A stretch of DNA of 64,000 nt. Source: Basidiobolus meristosporus CBS 931.73 (lineage: Eukaryota > Fungi > Basidiobolomycota). Made by a program: the position numbers and the translations under genes. The stretch covers positions 39,220 through 103,219 of the forward strand of contig MCFE01000284.1 in assembly GCA_002104905.1 (NCBI GenBank), written 5' to 3'. Shown here one piece after another: positions 53,331 to 61,813 of the stretch. The notes under the pieces were generated by a model. It was not told where the DNA came from. It was given only the letters and a program-made list of their open reading frames with translations, and ran no database searches. Position 1 is the stretch's first letter; each line of letters opens with the position of its first letter.

Positions 53331-56099
53331 CTACTGTTGTAGCTTTGATACAAGAGTGTGTAGCTGAGGGGAATTTGTAGGTAAGTTAATAAGAAGTGAT
53401 GATAGTTCTTCAGTGCTCAAGACACTGTTCAGTGGGAAGGGGGGTAGCATGAGAGGTAAGAATGCCTTGTGAACAACATTAATGAGGGGAATGTGATAAG
53501 GATTGATATTCATCATAAAGGGAGTGTGCTGCTGCAGATATTGCTGCCAAAGGTCTGTCAAGTACTTCAGGTAGGCCAGCTTGGGTTTTTCTGACTGCAG
53601 AATATAGTGAGCAAACTTCTTGACTTCAGGATCTCCAAGTATAGTTCTCCAGCAGGAGTCAGGTGTTGTGTGGTGTGTTCTCTTCCAGGCCTTAATCAGT
53701 GGGTTGTTGCAGTTGTGAAGTCTGAGGTATAATCTGGTTCTAAGGTAGAGAAGTCTGATCTTATAGGGCATAAACCCAAAAGCACCAAGAATAGCATGTC
53801 TGTAGGGGCATTCAGGCAAATGAGGCACCAAGGAGGTAATGCACCATACTGCAAACTTGTCAAGCTTAGTGCAGTCTCTAGAAGTAAGAGAGAGAAGTGG
53901 TAAGCCAAATTCCAGGACAGGGAAGACAAACTGCTTGAGTAGAAGGAGGCAGCTGGGAGCTGAAGTTGTAGGAGGAGTAACAGCCAGTAGCTTGTGGAGT
54001 GCCTGTCTTGCCAGGATAATTCTCTTCTTCAGGTGTGCTCCAGAGTCTAGTCCAGTAGGAAGGAAAGGAAAGCCAAGATATGTAGCAGAAACCTGAGCAG
54101 GTAGAGTGGAGTTCTCCAAGTTGATGGGAGAGCCCAAAGGTACTGTCTTTGCAATGGAAAGCTGGAGATTATTCTTCTGCAGATACTGGTGGATGGTCTG
54201 GGAGTCTTGTTGCACATTGGAGGAGGATATTCTGATGTCATCAGCAAAGAGAGTAACCAGGCAGTCAGCTGAGAGTCTTGGGAAATCATTCAGGAAGATG
54301 GCAAACAGTATAGGACCAAGCACAGAGCCTTGAACCACTCCATTAGGAACTGAGAACACAGCTGATTGCTCACTTGGGTGCAGAATTCTTGCTTGTGGAT
54401 CCAGAAACAGAGATCTGACAAGGAGGGTGAGAGAGGTACTGGAGAAGCATTGCAACTTGGACCAAAGCAGATTTCTGTCAACTGAATCAAAGGCCTTAGT
54501 AATATCAAACAGAACAGAGGGATACTTGCACTGGAGAGAGTGATCTTGGCTAAGTATGACTGCATATTCCAAGGAGAGGCCAGGAACAAAGCCAAACTGT
54601 GCAGGATGAAACTTGAGGGAGTCAGAGTAGAGCTCCTGAGCAAGCAGAAGCTCAAACACCTTTCTGCAGGTGGGCAGCAGAGATATTGGCCTGTAGGAGC
54701 TAGGATCCAGGTGCTTTCCTTTACCCTTGTACAGTGGCAGAACATTTGCAAAGGACCATTCCTCAGGAGTAGAAAGCTGGGCTGAGCATTGCTGAAACAG
54801 TGGAAGCAGAAGTGCAGACATGGCCTTGGTACTAGTCTTCAGAAGCTCATAAGAGATTGTGTCCACACCTGGAGCAGTAGAGTTGGGAAGCCTCTTGAGC
54901 ACATTATGGATTCTCCTTTGATCAAGTGCAAGTGGGATGGGCAGAGTCTTGAAGTCAGGATGAAAGCCAGGAGTTGAGTACTGCTTTGTAGAGAAGAAGA
55001 TGTTAGCCAGCTGTTCTGTTGAAGGTAACTTCCTGGAAGAGGGCCTCATTGCCCTGTAGAGTCTTGATACTGTTCTTGTTATAGAGTTGGAAGATTGCAG
55101 AGGCAAAGAACTCATAATATGATCCCAGAGCTGAGTATGCAGAGTGTGGTGAATTGCCTTGGAGTGGTGTATTGCTGTCAGGAGGAGTTTCTCTGTTTTT
55201 GGGTTAGGGAAACTCAGGTAGCTTTGTTGCAGGGCTGAAACAATGGATTCCCATTTTCTTGAGGTAACAGCAGTAGTCTTGCATGGCAGTGAGAGGGAGG
55301 CAGACACCAGAATCAGATGCTTCACAAAGAGCCAGGCATAGTTGAGATCATCTGGCAGAGAAAGTAGCAAACTGGCAAGCTTCAAGTAGTTCCCAAAGTC
55401 TTTCTTCTGATTCTTGGTAGCTTTGTGGGTGAGCACAGTAAGTTTTGGCAGCTTCTTCTTCACAACTGGTTGCATAGAAAGGGACCAGGCTGGGTGGTCA
55501 GAGGCTCTCAAGGATCCTAGCTCAGCTCCAGAGAATTGCTTAACTTCATTCACAAAGTAGAGGGCAGCAGCAGAAGGGCAGATCCAGTCAACACATCTTT
55601 TCTCAGATTGAGCACCTAGTGCTAGCAGGTGGCTTTCTCTCAGGAAGTTCAGTAGGAATGTAGACCTTGGCTTCATTCTTGCAGTCAGAGTAGTCTTGTT
55701 CTCAGGATGGGGAATGTTGAGATCTCCAAGCAAGATAACAGGTGTTGATATAGATTGTTGGTATTGCTGAACCTTCTGGCATATAACTTGCACTTCCTGA
55801 AGGGCAAGACTTGGAGGCAGATAGCAGAGCACCAGACTGATAGTTGGCAACTGGAGAGCAGCACAGTAAGGGGAGTAAAGAGGAACACAGAGCTGAGGAG
55901 TATTGATGGTAGAAGAGATGAAGCAGATAGAGGAGGTATTCTTTGTTCTAGGAGTAGAAAAGCAATATAGATTAGTCAAAAGTATAGAGGGTAGCTGGAC
56001 ATCAATCAAACACAGGAGGGAAAATCTTGAAAGAAGTCTCTCTAGAGTTGGTCTTGATGGCTGTATGCTGTTGCAGTTAAGCAACAGAACTTCAGGTAG
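53331..56099 (-). CDS. ORF2: APE-type endonuclease plus LINE-type reverse transcriptase
   Basis: APE motifs LLLNCNS, CYLPPS, LGDLN, VDWI, SDH; RT motifs APGVDTI, YRPISLL, QFGF, FDITKAFDSVDR, GVVQGSVLGP, LFADDI, YLGF. No ATG precedes the APE domain. Confidence 0.93.
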   Translation of the reverse strand, partial: LPEVLLLNCNSIQPSRPTLERLLSRFSLLCLIDVQLPSILLTNLYCFSTPRTKNTSSICFISSTINTPQLCVPLYSPYCAALQLPTISLVLCYLPPSLALQEVQVICQKVQQYQQSISTPVILLGDLNIPHPENKTTLTARMKPRSTFLLNFLRESHLLALGAQSEKRCVDWICPSAAALYFVNEVKQFSGAELGSLRASDHPAWSLSMQPVVKKKLPKLTVLTHKATKNQKKDFGNYLKLASLLLSLPDDLNYAWLFVKHLILVSASLSLPCKTTAVTSRKWESIVSALQQSYLSFPNPKTEKLLLTAIHHSKAIHHTLHTQLWDHIMSSLPLQSSNSITRTVSRLYRAMRPSSRKLPSTEQLANIFFSTKQYSTPGFHPDFKTLPIPLALDQRRIHNVLKRLPNSTAPGVDTISYELLKTSTKAMSALLLPLFQQCSAQLSTPEEWSFANVLPLYKGKGKHLDPSSYRPISLLPTCRKVFELLLAQELYSDSLKFHPAQFGFVPGLSLEYAVILSQDHSLQCKYPSVLFDITKAFDSVDRNLLWSKLQCFSSTSLTLLVRSLFLDPQARILHPSEQSAVFSVPNGVVQGSVLGPILFAIFLNDFPRLSADCLVTLFADDIRISSSNVQQDSQTIHQYLQKNNLQLSIAKTVPLGSPINLENSTLPAQVSATYLGFPFLPTGLDSGAHLKKRIILARQALHKLLAVTPPTTSAPSCLLLLKQFVFPVLEFGLPLLSLTSRDCTKLDKFAVWCITSLVPHLPECPYRHAILGAFGFMPYKIRLLYLRTRLYLRLHNCNNPLIKAWKRTHHTTPDSCWRTILGDPEVKKFAHYILQSEKPKLAYLKYLTDLWQQYLQQHTPFMMNINPYHIPLINVVHKAFLPLMLPPFPLNSVLSTEELSSLLINLPTNSPQLHTLVSKLQQ

Positions 56100-57608
56100 T
56101 CAGGCAGAGGTTGTAGCTTCTTCAGAGGCAGCATTGACAATGTGACCTGCAGAGTCCCAGAGCTCTTCAAATGGTGCATCACTTAAGTCAGCAAGGAGGG
56201 AAATGGCATGATTCTTGAGGAAGTATGCCACATCATAGGAGGGGGCTTGTCTCTTGATGGCAGCAAAGAAAGACAGAATGGCAACATGGGCTGGAGGCTT
56301 GTTGAACAGTAGAGAGTCAGAGGATTCAGATTCTTCAGGCACTATCTTGAAGTCAGTTTTCAGCCAGTTAAGGTTCTTCTCCACAAAGGCAACAAATGGG
56401 TCAGCAATGTTTTGGTCTAGGATAACCTCCAGAATCTTCCCTTTTCTCCAGGCCAGGTTGACAATTCTTGAGAGCTGAATATTGCATGCCTTGAGTGCTT
56501 TCCTGATGTTGGAAATGGGAGTCCAGGGAACTTGCTTCAAGTACACCACAGTCCAGGTAGAAGCTGGTGGTAGGTTTGCTGGGGGCTTGTAAGTCCTTCT
56601 GTGTTGCAATGGAGCTGCAGTAGTCAGATTGGAGTCCACATTCTCAGTAGAAGGTTTTCTTGATGTGTCTTGCTGAATAGTACTGGAGCTGGATGTGCTG
56701 ATAATTCTTGCTAGAACCTTGCCTGCATAAGTCTGAGGTATAGCTGAGGTGACTGTAGAGGTGGTGGCAGCTGGTGCAGGTGGAGAGGCAGAGACTGAAG
56801 CAGGAACTGAGGTCACCTGGGAGAAGGCAGTAGAAGCAGGTTTTCTGGGAGGAACAGAGTTCACTATCCAGTTGTTCTGTAAAACACTGGAGTAGCTTTT
56901 CTGTGGAACAGGATCTTGCTCTTGAACAGGAACAGAAGCAGGAGGCTGGGGCTGAGCAGTAGTGGTAAGGCAGTGGCACTCCAAGGAAGCTTTTTGCAAG
57001 GCATCTCTGGCAGTTTTCAGGGCAGTATTGGCTTCATTCTTGAGCTTCTTGCATTGGGCATCCAGTCTCTTGTTTTCAATAGCCAGGGCAGTATTGGCAG
57101 CCTCTAAATCAGCAATTCTCTTCTCAATTGCAAGGAATCTCTGAAGAAATGCATCAGTAGAAGTGCTGGCATCTGGGAGAGCAGTGGCAGGAATAGAGTC
57201 CATTGACAGTGGGCTTCTTGGAGGCAAGGAAAGTGGACTGGCAGATTCAGGCACAAAAGGAGATATCCTGGCAGGAGGAGAAGGAGTATCCAAGGCAGTA
57301 ACAGAGGCAATTCTTGTTGGTGAAGCAGCAGCAGGGGAGGCAAGCCTGTTCAGAAACTGGGCAGGAGAGAGTGCTTGAGGAGAGGGAGTCTTCAGCTTGC
57401 CAAGCATGTCTTCCATCAGAGTGATACCAATATTCCTGGTGCATTTGCAGAGAAAAGTAAGCTTCCTGAGTCTGCCAGCTCTTCCATTCCTTCTGATAGT
57501 TCCTTTGTTTCCACAGTTGGGGCAAGAAATCTTCTTGACAGACTTGTCAAAGCAATCAAGAACCTTCCTTTCAGGTGTAGTGGGCTCCTGTTGAGGTTTT
57601 GGTGGCAT
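56100..57608 (-). CDS. ORF1 (502 aa): N-terminal Cys4 motif, coiled coil, Ser/Pro/Thr-rich linker, conserved C-terminal domain
   Basis: ATG at 57608; CPNC-x21-CKC; heptad stretch LAIEKRIADLEAANTALAIENKRL; C-terminal domain homologous to the ORFs at 58500 and 60596. Confidence 0.88.
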   Translation of the reverse strand: MPPKPQQEPTTPERKVLDCFDKSVKKISCPNCGNKGTIRRNGRAGRLRKLTFLCKCTRNIGITLMEDMLGKLKTPSPQALSPAQFLNRLASPAAASPTRIASVTALDTPSPPARISPFVPESASPLSLPPRSPLSMDSIPATALPDASTSTDAFLQRFLAIEKRIADLEAANTALAIENKRLDAQCKKLKNEANTALKTARDALQKASLECHCLTTTAQPQPPASVPVQEQDPVPQKSYSSVLQNNWIVNSVPPRKPASTAFSQVTSVPASVSASPPAPAATTSTVTSAIPQTYAGKVLARIISTSSSSTIQQDTSRKPSTENVDSNLTTAAPLQHRRTYKPPANLPPASTWTVVYLKQVPWTPISNIRKALKACNIQLSRIVNLAWRKGKILEVILDQNIADPFVAFVEKNLNWLKTDFKIVPEESESSDSLLFNKPPAHVAILSFFAAIKRQAPSYDVAYFLKNHAISLLADLSDAPFEELWDSAGHIVNAASEEATTSA

Positions 57609-57838
57609 ATCCAGAGTTTCAGCTTCAAATTTCAATTTTTGAGATTTTTGGGTGATTTTTGATGGGCGGGATCAAAATTAGGGTTAGGGTTGCGCGCTGT
57701 GACTGCTTTTTACGATCGCAAGGTCAGAACCTAGGAAAAAATAAAAATAGTTAGTAAAGGTGATTTAATGGATGGATGGATGGATTGGAGTCAGATTCAA
57801 TCAAAAAATCAAATCGTTGACTAATTTAAAGAGGGTTA

Positions 57839-58364
57839 GGGGGGGAGGAAAGTCACCAAGTGGTGAAATCTTTATTTACTTATGACAAGTATCTAAAGAA
57901 GCCAAGTTAATCTGAAGTAATTCCTAGAAAGCTAGGTCTGAGAGATATCTTCCTGGTAAGCCAGGTCTGAGAGTTGAGAAGCTGAGTGGTACTATATTTC
58001 CTAGTTAGCTAGGTCTGAGAGAGGTTTCCTGGAAAGCCAGGCCTGAGAAGTGAGAATCTGAATATATCTGAGCTAAGTTATACTGGTTTGCGGTAGCTGA
58101 ATTGTGGCCGGAATGGCCAGTAGACTGGGGGAACTGAGATGAATTTCTGGGCGATCACTGGCCAAATTTACTAGGCAAATCTGACCAATTAGCATTTCAA
58201 GGATTTCAGCCAATCAGAGCCTTTACTTTGCCCGATGGTTGATCAAGCCATCTCCCAATGAGCACACATCAATTTATTGATCAAATTTTGCTGGATCCAG
58301 GATTTGAACCCACAACCATGGGTATGGAAGGGTTAGGGATAACCACAAGGCTAAGTGTTCTTGG
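57839..58364 (-). mobile_element. tRNA-headed SINE-like element, copy 1
   Basis: A-box-like TAGCCTTGTGG (58343-58353) and B box GGTTCAAATCC (58300-58310) 32 nt apart; no ORF; four-hairpin body; LINE-type 3' double hairpin; flanked by TTAGGG units. Confidence 0.82.
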
Positions 58365-58373
58365 TTAGGGTTA

Positions 58374-59205
58374 GGGGAGGGAAAGTCACCAAGGTAGGTG
58401 AAATCTTTATTTGATTTCAGACAAGTCTAACTACAAATAAAGAAGCCAGCTGGGAATAGAAGATTCCCAAAGTAAACACTAAGTTGAATATGAATAAATC
58501 TAAGCTAAAGTTAAGGCAGTATCCCAGAGTACACTGGAGTTCAGGTTCATGGGGGAGTGAAGTAGATAAGCTTGAGAGATATAATAATCTTTGAGGAAGT
58601 GGGTAACAGCAGGTGAAGGGGAGTTTTTGATAAGTGAAGTGAATCTTGAGAGCAGAGATTCCTCTAATGAGAAGGTCTTGTAAACTGGAGAATCAGGAAA
58701 CTCTTTAAAGGCATGGTCAGTAGGTTCCCAGTAAAACTGGTCAGAGACATTTTGAGAGAATTGTGTTGCAATACTTTTGTCAAGTACTACCTCCAGAGTG
58801 TGATGGTTGATAAATCTCATGTTAACAATTTTGGATAAATTGTAACCTTGTTGCTTGAGATACATCCTATGCTCAGATATGGGAATAAACTCCACATTGG
58901 CAAAGTAGCAGACAGTCCAGTCAGTAGCAGGAGGTAAATCAGAATTGGCAGGAAACTTTCTTTTAGTCTTGGGAGGAGCAGCAGCATGTCTTGAGGGAGC
59001 AGGAACAGGCTTTTTGACAGCTTCAGAGTAGGAAGAGTGAGCAGGAGCAGGTGATTCTTGGGGAGTCTTGTTGACAGGAAGAGTTGGCACAGGGACAATA
59101 GATTCTTGCAGATCAGAAAAGGCAGAGAACAACTTTTGAACTTGTTTCTTGAGTAGAGCATTTTCAGCTTCAACAAGTGCAAGCCTTTCCTCAAGGAAGG
59201 AAATC
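58374..59205 (-). mobile_element. ORF1-only module A (5'-truncated), CDS 58500 to about 59205
   Basis: Coiled coil (FLEERLALVEAENALL) plus ORF1-type C-terminal domain (LPPATDWTVCY..PISEHR..KIVN..LEVVLD); own 3' UTR and hairpin; no RT. Confidence 0.85.
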
Positions 59206-59214
59206 TTAGGGTTA

Positions 59215-59977
59215 GGGGGGGAGACAGTCACCAACAGGTGAAATCTTTATTTCAGTTGAAACAAAGAAGCCAGCGCTACTGTTGTAGCTTTGATACAAGA
59301 GTGTGTAGCTGAGGGGAATTTGTAGGTAAGTTAATAAGAAGTGATGATAGTTCTTCAGTGCTAAACACACTGTTCAGTGGGAAGGGGGGTAGCAAGAGAG
59401 GTAAGAATGACTTGTGAACAACATTAATGAGGGGAATGTGATAAGGATTGATATTCATCATAAAGGGAGTGTGCTGCTGCAGATATTGCTGCCAAAGGTC
59501 TGTCAAGTACTTTAGGTAGGCCAGCTTGGGCTTTTCTGACTGCAGAATAAATTCAGCAAACTTCTTGACTTCAGGATCTCCAAGTATAGTTCTCCAGCAG
59601 GAGTCAGGTGTAGTGTGGTGTGTTCTCTTCCAGGCCTTAATCAGTGGGTTGTTGCAGTTGTGAAGTCTGAGGTATAATCTGGTTCTAAGGTAGAGAAGTC
59701 TGATCTTATAGGGCATAAACCCAAAAGCACCAAGAATAGCATGTCTGTAGGGCATTCAGGCAAATGAGGCACCAAGGAGGTAATGCACCATACTGCAAAC
59801 TTGTCAAGCTTAGTGCAGTCTCTAGAAGTAAGAGAGAGAAGCGTAAGCCAAATTCCAGAACAGGGAAGACAAACTGCTTGAGTAGAAGGAGGCAGCTTGG
59901 AGCTGAAGTTGTAGGAGGAGTAACAGCCAGTAGCTTGTGGAGTGCCTGTCTTGCCAGGATAATTCTCTTCTTCAGGT
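59215..59977 (-). mobile_element. 5'-truncated copy of the APE-RT LINE (3' about 760 bp, frameshifted)
   Basis: Near-identical to 53270-54034; 1-bp deletion at about 59750; ends TTCAGGT then TAGGG. Confidence 0.93.
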
Positions 59978-59980
59978 TAG

Positions 59981-60501
59981 GGAGGAAAGTCACCAAGTGG
60001 TGAAATCTTTATTTACTTATGACAAGTATCTAAAGAAGCCAAGTTAATCTGAAGTTACTCCTAGAAAGCTAGGTCTGAGAGATATCTTCCTGGTAAGCCA
60101 GGTCTGAGAGTTGAGAAGCTGAGTGGTACTATATTTCCTAGTTAGCTAGGTCTGAGAGAGGTTTCCTGGAAAGCCAGGCCTGAGAAGTGAGAATCTGAAT
60201 ATATCTGAGCTAAGTTATACTGGTTTGCGGTAGCTGAATTGTGGCCGGAATGGCCAGTAGACTGGGGGAACTGAGATGAATTTCTGGGCGATCACTGGCC
60301 AAATTTACTAGGCAAATCTGACCAATTAGCATTTCAAGGATTTCAGCCAATCAGAGCCTTTACTTTGCCCGATGGTTGATCAAGCCATCTCCCAATGAGC
60401 ACACATCAATTTATTGAACAAATTTTGCTGGATCCAGGATTTGAACCCACAACCATGAGTATGGAAGGGTTAGGGATAACCACAAGGCTAAGTGTTCTTG
60501 G
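59981..60501 (-). mobile_element. tRNA-headed SINE-like element, copy 2
   Basis: Same ends as copy 1 with about 4 substitutions seen; B box 60437-60447, A-box-like 60480-60490. Confidence 0.82.
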
Positions 60502-60504
60502 TTA

Positions 60505-61808
60505 GGGGGATGATAATCACCACAGGGTGAAATCTTTATTTAAATTGTAAATAAAGAAGCCAAGTTTGAATATGAATATCTGAGATAAAGTAAGCCTACA
60601 AGATAAACTTGGACTTTGCTGTATCCCAGATATCCTCAATATCAAAGTTTAGAGGAGAATGTAGCAAAACTGCTTGTTCACTGTAGTATTTCTTGAGGAA
60701 GTTTGTGACTTGAAGGGAAGGAGAGTTTTTCAACAAGCTGGTAAACCTTTTGAGGAGTTCTTTTTCCAGAGAGAATGGTACAAAGAGTGGAATGTCTAAA
60801 TGATGTCTGAATATATGCTCTGAGAGCTCCCAATCCAGCATATTTTTGACTTCCTCTGTAAAATCTTCCACAATATCTTTGTCAAGAATGACTTCCAAGA
60901 GATCCCTGGCAATGTACTGAATGTTAATAATCTTGGGCATATGAATACCTAGGTCCTTGAGGTAGTTTCTTTGTTCTGAAATTGGAAGATAGCCAGCATT
61001 TCTGAAATAGCAAACAGCCCAATTGGCAGTGGGAGGAGTATCAGGGCTGACAGGAAATCTTCTTCTGGCTTTAGGGTGCACTGGCTTAGGTGGCTGTCTT
61101 ATTGGGAGAACAGTGGACTTTGGATGAGCTTGAAGTGCTTGGGAGTATGTCTGAGTATGAATGGCAGGAGTTGCTGGTTGCTGACAGTGTTCAGATTGAC
61201 TGGAAGAAGTGCTGGTTGAGGGGTTGCAAGGTAAGGAAGTAGCTGAAAGAGAAGTAGAGAGTGCTGGGTGAAGTTCAGAGAGAGTTTTGAAAAGAACCTG
61301 GATCTGAGATTTCAACATTGAGTTTTCAGCTTCAAGAAGAGAAACTCTTTGTTCAAGGTAAGAAGTCTGTAAAGAGTGAAAGTTGGGTAAAGACATGGAA
61401 GAAGTAGATAATAAGAAGAAATGAGTAGTTGGGGTGGGAGGGAGGGAAAATAGTTAAGAAGAAAAGAGAGGAAAGATCTGAAATTGAAAATCTCAGAATT
61501 TATAGATGGATGGACAAGGGTAAAGGATAGATTAATCCAGGGTTAGGGAAAAATAGTTAAGAAGAAAAGAGAGGAAAGATCTGAAATTGAAAATCTCAGA
61601 ATTTATAGATGGATGGACAAGGGTAAAGGATAGATTAATCCAGGGTTAGGGAAAAATAGTTAAGAAGAAAAGAGAGGAAAGATCTGAAATTGAAAATCTC
61701 AGAATTTATAGATGGATGGACAAGGGTAAAGGATAGATTAATCCAGGGTTAGGGAAAAATAGTTAAGAAGAAAAGAGAGGGAAAAATAGTTAAGAAGAAA
61801 AGAGAGGG
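60505..61808 (-). mobile_element. ORF1-only module B (complete 266-aa CDS 60596-61396 with repeated 5' leader)
   Basis: ATG-initiated ORF: coiled coil YLEQRVSLLEAENSML plus ORF1-type domain (TPPTANWAVCY..PISEQR..KIIN..LEVILD); 3' double hairpin; no RT. Confidence 0.87.
61447..61808. repeat. 103-bp tandem repeat x3 plus two 27-bp partial units; each full unit ends in GGGTTAGGG
   Basis: The TAGTTAAG marker recurs at 61451, 61554, 61657, 61760 and 61787. Confidence 0.95.
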
Positions 61809-61813
61809 ATTTA

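Larger units (their letters stand above)
53267..57834 (-). mobile_element. Full-length telomere-associated non-LTR retrotransposon (ORF1 + APE-RT)
   Basis: Intact ORF1 and ORF2; 3' end fused to TTTAGGGGGG; conserved 3' double hairpin; no LTR and no poly(A). The 5' end is either about 57677 (before TTAGGGTTAGGGTT) or about 57834. Confidence 0.92.

Noticed and set aside
53331-56099. Endonuclease-deficient Penelope-like element (Coprina/Athena)
   Set aside because: ORF2 has an N-terminal APE domain and LINE-type RT motifs (KAFD, QGSxLGP, FADD); no GIY-YIG or PLE features were seen.
58290-58364. Functional tRNA gene
   Set aside because: A and B boxes are present, but the acceptor, D and anticodon stems do not pair; treated as a SINE head.
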